DNA from: Eledone cirrhosa
Lineage: Eukaryota
Reading direction: 5' to 3'
DNA length: 64,000 nt
Assembly (NCBI GenBank): GCA_964016885.1
Contig: CAXHJY010001342.1
Coordinates: forward strand, 133,583 to 197,582
Under the pieces are notes generated by a model, which saw only the letters and a program-made list of their open reading frames with translations, made no database searches and was not told where the DNA came from. Positions 27,916 through 43,161 of the stretch are shown here, piece after piece (position 1 is the stretch's first letter; the number at the start of each line of letters is the position of its first letter). The translations under genes and the position numbers were made by a program.

Positions 27916-28785
27916 GACGTAAAATAAAAAAATATTTTTTTAAAAAAATTTAAAAAAAATTTTTTTCTTACTTAAATTTTCACTCCAACTAATTAGTTTC
28001 TGCAATGGGATAAAGACAGTTACGTAATTCAACTGTCGAGAATTCATTGCGTCATCAGGAAGTCTATTCTCAGTTAAGTCTCCAGGCAATGCGCGGACAC
28101 TGGCGGCTCATATAAAAATAATAATAATTCGGTAAATCGAACAGCTTGCGAGGACTGAATTCTATGTACCGAAATTCTCACTGCTTCAAGTCAAATGGCC
28201 GATTCTAAAGAATCAATCACGTGACACAGAGGCTAGTTAGAAGGAATGGGATGGTAAGATGACTGACGCCTACTAACACCCCAAAAAAAAAAATTTTTTT
28301 AGAAGTGGTTTTGACAAGTTTGCTCGACAAATCAGTGATTTGGAGATAAATATAGATAATTTAATATATCAACTAACATAAGCGCACAGATGCACGCCCA
28401 TGCCAGCAAATACACAGGTTATGTCATAGTACCTAGGTGGTTCAATGCAGGAGAATGCAGAACAATAATATAAAGGACGTAAAATAAAAAAATATTTTTT
28501 TAAAAAAATTTAAAAAAAATTTTTTTCTTACTTAAATTTTCACTCCAACTAATTAGTTTCTGCAATGGGATAAAGACAGTTACGTAATTAGTTGGAGTGA
28601 AAATTTAAGTAAGAAAAAAATTTTTTTTAAATTTTTTTAAAAAAATATTTTTTTATTTTACGTCCTTTATATTATTGTTCTGCATTCTCCTGCATTGAAC
28701 CACCTAGGTACTATGACATAACCTGTGTATTTGCTGGCATGGGCGTGCATCTGTGCGCTTATGTTAGTTGATATATTAAATTATC

Positions 28786-28787
<2 letters not shown>
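27911..28787. mobile_element. Non-autonomous PLE-type element with tandem (about 560-bp period) and inverted segments
   Basis: 27911-28029 equals 28471-28589. 28590-28787 is the inverse of about 28350-28555. TA flanks. Confidence 0.8.
27982..28063 (-). ncRNA. Type I hammerhead ribozyme
   Basis: acttc CTGATGA c gcaatg...cattgc a GAAAC taatta GTT ggagt. Confidence 0.7.
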
Positions 28788-28840
<53 letters not shown>

Positions 28841-28850
28841 TATATATATG

Positions 28851-28885
<35 letters not shown>

Positions 28886-29086
28886 GTTTTAACGTCTCCT
28901 ATTCCAGACCACAGTTTAACGTACGATGACATAATTAATATGTAATAAATTCATCTCCCTTTCGTGAGTCTTTCGTGCCAATGGATTCGTTTTGCTAATC
29001 TGTTTTTTTCATATCTTTCACGCTGCTGCTGCTGTCGCTGTTGCCGCTGTTTCTGTTTTTTTTTTCTTCTTCTTCTTCTTCTTCTT

Positions 29087-29118
<32 letters not shown>

Positions 29119-30394
29119 CATTATTATCAATATTTTCTATTAAAGTGTTTGGTATGTATCATAACCAGCATCCATAGAACAAGCAACATTCATCTTCGAT
29201 TTAATCAAGTGTTCCCATCAACGATATGTACGTGGCGAATGACAAATTTGATGATAAGCAACAGGACAACATTATTTGACATGTTTTGTTTTGTTTTGTC
29301 TTATTACGATTGAAATAGAAATCACGCCTGTAACAATATCAGGGTTGAAGCTTTGGAGCATCGATAAAAGAAGATAGGGAATTTACCATCTACTTGAGGT
29401 TGTGTGAATTTATCAGCTACTTTAGTGCTACTAGAGACTGGTTTTCGATCGAGAACCATAACAATTGCATCTCATCATTCAACTCTGCAAATTTTACACT
29501 ACAAAAATAGGTTGACAACGCTAGTATTATGTAACAATAACCTGTTTGTAAATCATCTTACGCTAACGTTTTATCATGCTTCGTTGAAGATTAAAGCATA
29601 ACTCAATTGACCGAAATCTTTTGGTTATTGAGCTAATACTTCACCGGTTAACTATATTAATCTCTAGCATTTGGAACTCATTCAGTTGAGATACATAATG
29701 GTTTTGACGCCATTAGATTTTAGTACTTCACTATCTCAAGAGCACAACAAAACTATATTTAGAATCAAACATGAATTAGACTTTTGAAAAAGAAAATAAG
29801 ATAAAACTATATTTAGAATCAAACAAGAATTAGACTTTTGAAAAAGAAATTAAGAAAACGTCAATATCAAACATGTTGAACGTTCTGTAGTTTTTCTTGT
29901 CCATAAACTTAATATTTCAACTGTAAAGAAATGAAGCACTTCCATTGTGGTGAGATGACAGCATGGACGTTTTAAAAATGTAATCTACTTATTAACCTTC
30001 CCATTCCTTTATTCACCTTAATTCTACGTTTCTATTTTAAATCTATATACCTATTTTATATCTAAATAGCTAATTTAGATATATTCATATCAATTTTAAA
30101 TATATGTATTTATTTTAATCAATGCATCTATTTTAAATCTATACATCTCTATTAAATCTATATATCTATTTAAAATTTTTACATCTATTTTAAATTTATG
30201 TAACTTCCCCACTGTTCTTTACAGAACAGAAAATTAAACAGAATTGATATCCAATATGTTGATAGGAAGTGCTGGATGCAGCATGACCTAATGGTTAAGA
30301 AAATCGGTTCGCAATCATTAAGTCTCGCATCTGATCCAAACGTGTGACATATTGGACAAGTATGATTTACCATGGTCTAGTTTAGAGTCAACAT

Positions 30395-30750
<356 letters not shown>

Positions 30751-30773
30751 TATATATATATACATATATATAT

Positions 30774-30935
30774 GAAAAGTTCATAAGCTGACTATGAACA
30801 AGTGATGTTAGAGGTGTGAAATTTTGCATGCATTAATTAAAACTCTTCTGCATTGTTTCTTTCTATGTTGAAAAATAAACCTCATTTTATCATTCTATGA
30901 CAGAATCTTGGTCAGCCTATGAACATTTCAGCCAA
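30774..30935. mobile_element. Mariner-type MITE remnant; related copy at 40702-40888
   Basis: Inverted gaaaagttcata.gctga / tcagcctatgaac.tttc ends. The 40702 copy ends ggccctcg|ta. Confidence 0.6.
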
Positions 30936-30942
30936 CTCAAGT

Positions 30943-31046
<104 letters not shown>

Positions 31047-31596
31047 GCGTGTGTGTGCATGAATGTGTGCGAGGAGTCATATTTGCTAAAAAAATTAACC
31101 GTAAAGTATATCGCTTGGACTTATTCCACTTAAGACACCATCTTTCCATCACTTCGGGAATAAAACATTTTAATTTAATAACATTGCTTATAAAGCGTCT
31201 ATAGTAACGAATATACGCTATTAAAAAATAATATATAAGATTGTCGGCGTATCAAAAATTGTTAATGGATGAATAATCCTCTGTCTGGTCACTCAGTAAA
31301 CGAAAAAAAAAAAAGGAAATTTATCTTATTGCAGCAATATTTTAGTGATTTCTCTTTACTTTAAGCTTATAATTTTCCCCGACAATTAACCATATTACGA
31401 AAGTGTGTGTTCATAATATGGATATTACCACTGTGGGGTTCAGTTAAACATCTGATTATCCTCAATAGGTGTATTTTCTTGATATTCATCATCCCAGACA
31501 GTATTCAAATTAGGAAAACTTACTTTCCAAGCAATATTTGCAAACTTTCGTATGTATGCGTATATGTATGCTCTTCTGGTTTTATTATTTCATACA

Positions 31597-31985
31597 TCGC
31601 TAGAGGGTCGGACGTCATGCTTTGCAGCAAAGAGTTACGGCCCTTTATGGTCTGAGTTCAAATCCCGCTGAGGTTAACTTTGCCTTTCATCCTTACGGGG
31701 TCGATACAATAAAGTACCAGTAATGCACTGGAATAATTGCCGGCCTTGTGCCAAAAGCAGAAATAATTATTTCTTACATTTTCAGGGAGGTGGAGTGGCA
31801 GAATCGGTAGAGCGTCGGACACCTTGCTTCGCGGCACAGTTACGTCTCTTTACGTTCTGAGTTCAAATCCCGCCGAGGTTAGTTTTTCCTTTCATCCTTA
31901 CGGAGTCGATAAAATAAGGTACCATTGATGCACTTTCCCATCCCTCCAGAATTGTTGGCCTTGTGCTTAAATCAGAAACCATTAT
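31597..31985 (+). mobile_element. Two adjacent SINE family A copies
   Basis: Consensus match. Confidence 0.8.
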
Positions 31986-33039
31986 TTCATATATTTTCAC
32001 CTATATATATATTTGTCGAGTCAAAATCCATTGCATGTTGATATAGTCTTCGATTTCCCCTAACAAAATTTGATCAATTCTATATTCTCTCTCTATATAT
32101 AAAGAAAAAGTATCAACGTGCTATGGTAGTATTAATTCATAATTAAATTATTACTTCACATATACTGTAATAATTAATCTATCCATTTAGGGTTTAAGAA
32201 GCAATATTTATTATGTCAAATATGTTCATTATATGTCAATTACAACAGGGACCCTTCCCTTTTTTGTGCTTGTAATCCATTTTAGGGATTGTAATTTGAA
32301 GTAACCAAATGTAATTCAACACACACTGTATCTCCCTATTCCTCCCTTTTCTTCCATCTTCCTCTCTCCTTATATATACATAACTATATAACACAATTGA
32401 ATATACATGCTTGTTTGTATATATAAATAGTTATAAATATGATACAATACATTTTTCATGTATGCAGCTATCAATTTATCACATGTAGCTCCTTGCAATT
32501 TTGGCTTTCAATAATAAAACCTACTCTATTGTAAAAAAACAACAACAAAAAACCCCAATAAAAACAATCTAAAAGTATATTACAAAATTTAAACTAAACA
32601 TAATAACAACGGGTAAAAATAAATAGAATCACCGAATCCATTCGGATTTCTGTCAGATTTAAAATTTTCTTCCTGAGAAAAATTGCTGCAAAAGCGAATT
32701 CAAAACTTTCCTGTAAACATATTTGTGAAATGAAATTAATCTTTTAAAGTGTATGAGAACACGTTGTGATCTTTAATGTTTTAGTCTTTTTTACTGTCAA
32801 GCGAAACTAAAATATGTTGTTGAGTGTTTACATTTCTTGAGATATGTAAGTTGAAGTTATGTATCAAATAGCATAATTTCATTATAGCAATCTATTTAGG
32901 AGAGTTTTGGTAGACCAAATTTGTGAATTATAGTAAATGATTAAATGCTTTGGCATGTGCATCCCATCATCACACCTTTGTTTTTCTTTTAGATACATGA
33001 TTCTCAATAATTTAAAAGTGATTCTCAAATGTAATTATA

Positions 33040-33435
33040 TGTAAGTATTTGTGCCAGTCTTTACCTATGGTTATGATTCTTGGGTAATGGCCGAAAGAAT
33101 ACGATCGCGAATGCAAGCAGTCGAAATGGGATTTCTCCGAAGGGTCTTTGGGGCATCGTTAATCGATAATGGGCGTAGATCGGAGATCAGTGAGTCACTC
33201 CGGGTAGAGCTGATATTTTTCAGAATTATCACAGCTCGGATACTATGGGCATGTGGTTAGAATATCTCAGTAAAGAATCGCTAGACAGATTTAACGGGCA
33301 AAATCAATCGACAGGAGACCCTGGGGTAGACCCCGAGCAAGATGGTTGGATAATATCCATGAGCTTGGCTGGTCACGCTTGGGGATTCAGCCGGATCGGT
33401 TGGAGGCGGCTGATTCTGACAGAAATTGCTGGATC
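33040..33435 (+). pseudogene. RTE-clade LINE C-terminal fragment
   Basis: PVFTYGYDSW..RMQAVEMGFLRRV, YYGHV, RPWGRPRARWLD. Confidence 0.8.
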
Positions 33436-34494
33436 TTTCCTTGTCTTAAACTTAAAGTTTGGCTACTCATTCTAACAGTTCGAGCGACCGTGTGGAGACT
33501 GCTATCTTACATGAGTTCATAACATAAGTAGGCGGAAGCTGTCTGTGATGAAATAAATAACTTCTTTCGTTGCAATCTTTAAACTGAAACTTCAAACTAA
33601 GCCGGAATCAATTTTACATGTATCTATGGCAACCATAATTGCGGTGAAGACATTCGAAAATTAATATTATTAATGTAAAACAAATGTAGACTGTGTTCAA
33701 AATTACCTTACTCTATAAAAATCAACATCCCGGCTATATGTTAGCATTAATGGAAAGGTAACAGTTATCAAAATGATATTTAATTTAGTTCCTTTAGTCT
33801 TATTGCTTAATTTAAGGATTTGTAAAAGGTGAAGAGAGTGTTAATTATCTTGTTTGGAGAAATGATGAATTAGAATCATATATACAATCTTCATGTAGTT
33901 AACCATCTGCTGAAATGTACTCATTCAGTTATACAGCAAACAAGATTGCAATAAGAAAAATATTCACCATAGTATTGGAGAAATAGGCACGACAATATAA
34001 AATTATATCCCTTTGGTTTCTATAAAGTGATTTTGAAATAAGAAAGCTAGGTTGAAGCTGATGAAGTTAAGTATATTCTCAAGAGATAATACAGGCCAGT
34101 ATTCATTGAATGGAAAACAATATAAGTCCTCTTTACACGAGATACTGAGAGACGATATCCATGTGGATACTCAAATCTACTATTGACTGAATATCGATAT
34201 CATGGAAAATGAATATAAAAGAAATTGCTGTGAATAAGGTTTTCCATGACGCTATTATACTAATCCTTAGCATCAATCGAAGCACGCTCCATTTTGCTTA
34301 CTGCTACACTTTCTACCAACCCTTTCATTATACATCTTTCTTTTTTCTTCTCTGTTTCTCTCTCTCTTTCTTCCCTATCTCTCTCTCTTTCTTCCCTCTC
34401 TCTCTCTCATTCTCCTTGTTATGTATGAAATTGGTTATTGAATATTCGTTTCAGCTATACACATATATGCAAATTGTCATATATATATATAATG

Positions 34495-34560
<66 letters not shown>

Positions 34561-34660
34561 TAATTGTTTCTACTTTAGGCACAAGGCCAGCAATTACCCA
34601 GTACATTACTGGTACCTTATTTTATCGACCCCGTAAGGATGAAAGGCAAAGTTAAATATA

Positions 34661-34707
<47 letters not shown>

Positions 34708-35030
34708 ACGTACATACATATATGTATACAGACGTACAGTAGTATGTATATATATATATATATATATATACATACATGCACACATATATATATGCACACA
34801 AATATAATGTAATATATATATATGTATGTATACGTACATACATACATGTATACAGACGTGCAGTAGTATGTATATATATACATACATGCACACACATATA
34901 TATATGCACGTATCGGTTTACCGAACATTTATTATAATGCTCGGTTTGTTTGTAAACAAACAAACAGCCCGAATTACGCCGTACAGTATTTAGGCAACCA
35001 CGTCACCTTTTTGTTCAACACTGACAGGAA

Positions 35031-35071
35031 CGATGTACTAGTTTCAAGCTTATTAGCTATCGTCAGCATCG
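35031..35071 (-). ncRNA. Minimal type I hammerhead ribozyme
   Basis: cgatg CTGACGA tagc taataa gct t GAAAC ta GTA catcg. Confidence 0.85.
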
Positions 35072-35467
35072 TATACCTCCTGCCAGATGGTTGAACGTCT
35101 GAAAGTATATACTTTCCTTATGCATATTAACGGCTGAGCAGCCTAATTTGCATATCAAGTGAGTTTAGTCGGCCGGGCGCACCGAAAATGATAAATGGAA
35201 TAGAATGAAACGAAATTTCATTTCTCACTCTTAGTACAGCAGTTACTTAAATGTAAGTATGTATGTATACATACATACATATATGTATACAGACGTACAG
35301 TAGTATGTATGTATATACATACATGCACACATATATATATGCACGTATCGGTTTACCGAACATTTATTATAATGCTCGGTTTATTTGTAAACAAACAAAC
35401 AGCCCGAATTACGCTGTACAGTGTTTAGGCAACCACGTCACCTTTTTGTTCAACACTGACACAGGAA

Positions 35468-35508
35468 CGATGTACTAGTTTCAAGCTTATTAGCTATCGT
35501 CAGCATCG
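35468..35508 (-). ncRNA. Minimal type I hammerhead ribozyme (identical second copy)
   Basis: Same sequence as 35031-35071. Confidence 0.85.
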
Positions 35509-35784
35509 TATACCTTCCTGCCAGATGGTTGAACGGTGACGTCCTTGCCTAAATACTGTACGGCGTAATTCGGGCTGTTTGTTTGTTTACAAACAAACCG
35601 AGCATTATAATAAATGTTCGGTAAACCGATACGTGCATATATATATGTGTGCATGTATGTATATATATACATGGTACTGTACATCTGTATACATATATGT
35701 ATGTACGTATACATACATACATACTTACATTTAAGTAACTGCCGTACTAAGAGTGAGAAATGAAATTTCGTTTCATTCTATTCC

Positions 35785-36986
<1,202 letters not shown>

Positions 36987-37005
36987 GTTATATATATATA
37001 TAATG

Positions 37006-37059
<54 letters not shown>

Positions 37060-37802
37060 CATTATATATATATATAACATATGTATATACGTATATGTAC
37101 ACATACGCATAAATATTATTTAATAAAACTCTTCCCCATTGAGTTAGTATCTTATGATGAAATAAATTGGATGAAGCAAACAATAGTTAATAAGAGCTAC
37201 TCTATTATATAGAGGTAAGCATACAGGAATGAAATAAATTCAACAAAAGCAGTGACATATGTATTATTCAGAAGCAGGAAAAAAATAAATATATCTTATC
37301 TATACAAATTTAGTCAATACGTATGTCCACATAAATATGAAAGTTTTGTTCTGCGAACGACAAAAAAACAACAAAAAAACCTCCCAAACCCCAAAAACAT
37401 ATACGCATACATACGCACAAAAAAAGAAAACACATACACACATACACACGCACACAAAAGATAATCGGGACAGATTAATTTCTAGTTAATAAGGATACTT
37501 CAACATATTCCTAGATCCACAAATTTCGGAACATACAAACGAAATCATTACAATGCAAGCAATAATATTAAAGGTACTCATAACACACATTACATATATT
37601 GCATAAATTGAATTCCTTCCCTCATTTCGAATGGATAAAATATTTTTCACAAATATCTGAAATAAAAATGAATAAACAACACAATTATTCACTAAATATT
37701 TATTAATCTTAACTACAAATTAACACTAGCAAAATATTTCTTTCTTTCATTAATACATATCTGATTAATTATCGTGTGTTCTGCAGAATATATACATATG
37801 TA

Positions 37803-38012
37803 CAGGGTGGCCCAAAAGTCACACAGGGGTTTTAGTTTTTATTAACGCCCTGAATTGTACAGACTGATGTATGAAATTTTGATACAACTTAAAGGACATA
37901 ATGGAAATTATTTTGCACTCGTCAATCCTTGTCACACCCCTACATTACTAAATATAATAAAATAAAATATTTTAAACAGTTGCAACCCCTGTGTGACTTT
38001 TGGACCACCCTG
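37803..38012. mobile_element. Tc1/mariner MITE
   Basis: TA|CAGGGTGGCCCAAAAGTCACACAGGGG...CCCCTGTGTGACTTTTGGACCACCCTG|TA. Confidence 0.85.
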
Positions 38013-38028
38013 TATATATACTTATATA

Positions 38029-38247
38029 CAGGGTGTTTCAAAAATTTGATATCAATGGCCTGTTCCCAAGGTTGAAATATATATTGTGAATTAATGTTAT
38101 AACGTGGACATGTTTTCAGGAATAAATCTTGTTACTCAACATGGAGCCTGCTTAGTCTCGTTGTCCTAGACCTTGTAGTTTCTGGGTTATTTACATTTCA
38201 AATGATATTAAATTTTTTGATGATATTAAAATTTTTGAAACGCCCTG
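38029..38247. mobile_element. Second Tc1/mariner MITE
   Basis: TA|CAGGGTGTTTCAAAAATTT...AAATTTTTGAAACGCCCTG|TA. Confidence 0.8.
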
Positions 38248-38506
38248 TATATAGAGAGTCTACGATGCTGAGATCGAGGAGATTGCGGTTGGGATTTTAA
38301 CACCACTCTCTCCCTCTCTCAAATGTCATTACTAATTTTTCAGCAAGGAGTTGAGAAAATGAAAGGAAGCCACCACTTCAGATAAGCATGTATTTTTAAT
38401 TCATAATATTGTACCAAGAACTCGACTACGTATAGAAACAATGCGCATGGTAAAATGTACAAACGGAGAAAACGTCACCACACCCACAGCCGAAACAAAT
38501 AAAGAA

Positions 38507-38697
38507 TAATTGTTTCTACTTTTTGGCACAAGGCCAGCAATTACTCAGTACATTACTGGTACTTTATTTTATCGACCCCGTAAGGATGAAAGGCAAAGTT
38601 AACTTCGACGGGAATTGAACTCAGACCGTAAAGGGACGTAAATATGCTGTAAAGCATGGTGTCCGACCCTCTACCGATACTGCCAATTCACCACCCT
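38507..38697 (-). mobile_element. SINE family A
   Basis: Consensus match. Confidence 0.8.
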
Positions 38698-38906
38698 AAT
38701 AATACCAGAATGATGGCTGCAGACAGAAGGCAAAAAAATCACAGAACGGTCCAAATAATAATGTAATATAATACAATACATTCGTTAATAGAACTATATT
38801 GCAATATTGCAATAAAACTAATCAGTGAATAAGTAGTCGGCTATTCATCCCTATATGCACATGCGTGCCTGTCAGCATATTTGTGAAAAGGTGTGACTAC
38901 ATATGT

Positions 38907-38939
<33 letters not shown>

Positions 38940-39048
38940 CATACACACACATATATACATATATATATAAATACACATGTATACATATATATTTATAAAT
39001 ACACAGACACAGTCACACACAGACACACAGACACACACACACACACAT

Positions 39049-39111
<63 letters not shown>

Positions 39112-40217
39112 CGTGTTGGCATTTATGTACGTATGTATGGATACACACATGTTCACACACTCACACACATACACACTTACACCTACACTTAATATACTCA
39201 GACAATAAGCATGCATTTGTTAACATTTTCGTATAGTTAATTCATTTTGTAATAAATAGTAAATAAAAACCGCGAGTAGTGTACACGCAATCGTTAGACA
39301 TTTTCCCTGCAGATTCGCAGAGAATTGTCTCAAAGTTGCTAACAAATTAAACCAACAATGTTTTGAATGAGACGACTGCTTTTAAAGCGATTGGTGTCTG
39401 CATTTATATTTTGTTTGTTCATGTGTGAATTGCACCATTATTTATTTCTACAGTAAATTATTTTACCTACGGTATTGTAAAGCAATAAAGGAAAGAAATT
39501 GCAACTTTACACGAAATAAACTATAAGTTACAACTGTTTGTAGGGTTCTGTACTTGCCAACCAGACTGACGCTACCATTAGTTTAATTTGCATTTTGTTA
39601 TCACGCAGATATACCAGACTCACATTCTATAAACAAAATAAATACATGAAACGATTTCTAATATATATACAAGAGGGGTGAGGGAAAGGTCGATTAAATT
39701 GACCAGAGTATTTGAGTGATACTTTATTTTATCGAACCCAGAAGGCTGAAAGGTAAATGTTAACTTGTGCGGAATTTGAACTCAGAACGTAGAGGGCCAC
39801 AACAAACAACGATAAGCAATCTGTTTGAGGCTCTAACGGTTGTATTAACCCTCTCCCTTAATAAATATATACAATGAATGACTGAATAAATAAATAACTA
39901 AAGATCACGGTGAATGTTAAGCTCCCAGTAATTAAATATGCAAAATCCCAAACGAGGTGTACCATGATAAAATATGCCTCAAAACGGGGAGAAATGAGGC
40001 AAAATGGGGAAATTTTACCCAATGAAAGCTATTTTCACAAGAGAAGACATCCCTCATCCATCCCAAAGCGGGTGGGTGATCTCCCCGTCGGACGGGGAGA
40101 GTTGCCAGATCTGGTATTATTTCCTGTATCGTTAGGGCGTCGGAAAAAATGTGTTCTCTGTTCAGGCCCCACCGATGTCATTTTGCTTTTCATCCTATCG
40201 AGGTCGATAAATAAAAT

Positions 40218-40660
40218 CATTATCATCATCCGGCGGCCTCAGCCGAAATCGACTCAACAATTGATGGGTCGGTCGTTCATTGCCGTTGCCAAGTCCTGGA
40301 TTTCAATACCAGAATCTCTTGAGATGACATCGGGAAAGGAGGGCTTGCGCCCCCTGTTATTAGTGACTGCTTGTGGTTTCCAAAGCACTAATGGGGACAA
40401 AGTTACATAGATTGCCACGATGGCAGATCATACTCTCCTATTACATACAACGTCAGATATGCGTGGGAGGCCGGCATATATCTCGCTCAAAGTCAGATGT
40501 CGCCAGGGGTTGATTCGTTCGTTCTTATAGTATGTGGTTATTTTCATCATTCTAGTAGCTTCTGCTTTGACTCCTCTTGATTTTGCGGTTGGTGTCCTCT
40601 GTTGCTGAAGGTTATATTGGAGACTTTGCGAACTTCATTAGCTCCATTTCCCTTCTCATA
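40218..40660 (-). pseudogene. RTE-clade LINE 3' fragment with (GAT)n tail
   Basis: WRHLTLSEIYAGLPRISDVV..RR, LVLWKP..RGRKPSF.DVI..D.G. Confidence 0.7.
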
Positions 40661-41168
40661 CTAGGTAACTTGTAGAAGCTCATAACAGTTTTACAAATGT
40701 CAGCTGAAAAGTTCATAGACTGATTATAAAGGATTGATGCTAGGGCCGTGAAATCTTGTATGCATTAATTTCAACTCTTCTTATAAGTGCATTGTTTCTT
40801 TCCAGGGACAATGTTGAAAAATAAAACCTCATTTGGTTATTCCATGACAGCATTTTGATTAGCCTGTGAACTTTTTAGCCGGCCCTCGTATATATTCCCC
40901 TCTTGTTATGGTGTGTGAAATTTTAATTTTCAGTTTATTCCGTGAATGCAAGGTAAAGCTAACCTTTTATCTTTATGGGGTCGATAATACAAATTACCAG
41001 AAACTTCCTGGGGTCAATTTAATCGGCCTTCTCTCCCCCAAAATTGTTGGCCTTGTGCCTAAATAAGAAACCATTGTTGTTATACTTATAAAATTATTCA
41101 TTATTATTATAAAACTAACACCTACAATAATTATAATATTCATTGATGATTATGATGACATATCATTA

Positions 41169-41385
41169 TGGTGATTGGCAGCATCGGTAGAGCGTCGGAC
41201 ACCCTGCTTCGCGGCATAGTGTTAAGACATTTTATGTTCTCAGTTCAATTTCCACCGAGGTTAACTTTGCCTTTCATCCTTACGGGGTCGATAAAATAAA
41301 GTACCAGTCACGTACTGGGGTCGATTTAATCGACTTTCCCCTCTCCCGGAATTGCTAGCCTTGTGCCTATATAAGAAACTATTAT
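41169..41385 (+). mobile_element. SINE family A (long variant)
   Basis: Consensus plus the segment ggggtcgatttaatcgactttccc. Confidence 0.8.
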
Positions 41386-41852
41386 ATACCCATACACATA
41401 CATATGCACATACAGATACATACATACCCATGCACATACATACGCACATACATAGATACATACATACCCATACACATACATAGATACAACCATACGCACA
41501 TACGTGCATACATGCATACACCCATCCATATATATTCTATGTTTGCATGCGCACTTGTATGTAATCACAATGTATACACATACGTCACTCACACAGTCAC
41601 TCACACACTTTATCTCTCTCTCTCTATTCCCTTGCTTCCCCTCTCTCTCTCTTTCACACACACACACGCGCACCCACCCACCCACGTACACACACACGCA
41701 CGCACGTACACACACGCACGCACGTACACACTCACACGAACACACACACAGAGGCACACACACACACTTACACACACACTCACACGCACGCACACACACA
41801 CACACACATACACGCGCACACACACACACACTCACACACTCACACACACACC

Positions 41853-41913
<61 letters not shown>

Positions 41914-42524
41914 ATATACAGCTATGTTCTTTTTATAGTATAAATGTAGAGCTATAATAAGAAACCGACAGATATTTGACAGCTGTCAGGTTTTAATCCA
42001 ATCTTATTGAATGTTTGTAAGTGTATAAATGTTACATTTGACAAATAAGTTTTTTCTATTATTATCAGAACTATTCACTATACTGGAATGTTTTTATTTT
42101 ACAAAAGTGTGAATGTTGGCGAAGAGAGAATATGGATTGTGAAGAGAAAAAGGAGAAATTTAGGAGAGAGAAAAAAGATAGATAGACTACAAGAACGAAA
42201 GAAAGAACAAGATATCTCAATATAGGCAAATAGACAGAATGAGAGACGCTCATAAAATAAGTATGAAATATGCTGAACAGTAATAACTAATTAAAATAAC
42301 GCGGAAAAATAATAATAGTAATAATGGTTTTTGATTTTGGCACATGGCCCTCCATTTTGGGGGAGGGGAGAGTCAATTAGGTACACCACAACTCATCAAA
42401 GGTGCATGCATAGTACATAGAACATGTACAAAAGTCAGGAAAGTGAACAGTGTATTAGTTATGATACATACACACATATGCCTGCATGTGTATGAAGGGG
42501 GAATATCAGGTGTAAAAATAATAA

Positions 42525-42962
42525 TAGTAATAATGGTTTTTGATTTTGGCACATGGCCCTCCATTTTGGGGGAGGGGAAAGTCAATTAAATCAACCCCAG
42601 TGTGTTACTGGTATTTTATTTCATCGAACCCCGTAAGGATGAAAGGTAAAGTTAACCTCGGCGGGATTTGAACTCAGAACGTAAAAGGCCGTAACTCTAT
42701 GCTATGAAGCAAGTTGTCTGAGGCTCTACCGACACTGCTGATACACCGCCCTATAGTAATAATAATAGTAATAATAATTGTTTCTATGTTAGGCACAAGG
42801 CCAGCAATTACCCAGTGCATTACTGGTACTTTATTTTCTCGACCCCGTAAGGATGAAAGGCAAAGTTAACCTCGGCGGGATTTGAACTCAGAATGGCAAG
42901 GGCCGTAACTCTATACGTCAAAGCATGGCGTCCGACCCTCTACCAATACTGCCAATCCACCA
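42525..42962 (-). mobile_element. Two SINE family A copies
   Basis: Consensus match. Confidence 0.8.
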
Positions 42963-43024
42963 ATAATAGCTTCTTTACTTGTCACAAGATACAAACAAGG
43001 GCTTGTAAATATGTGGCATGTAAA

Positions 43025-43161
<137 letters not shown>

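Larger units (their letters stand above)
34695..35788 (-). mobile_element. Non-coding tandem + inverted PLE-type/retrozyme-like element with two HHRs
   Basis: Direct repeats with about 437-bp period, an inverted arm at 35537-35788, and TA flanks. Confidence 0.8.
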
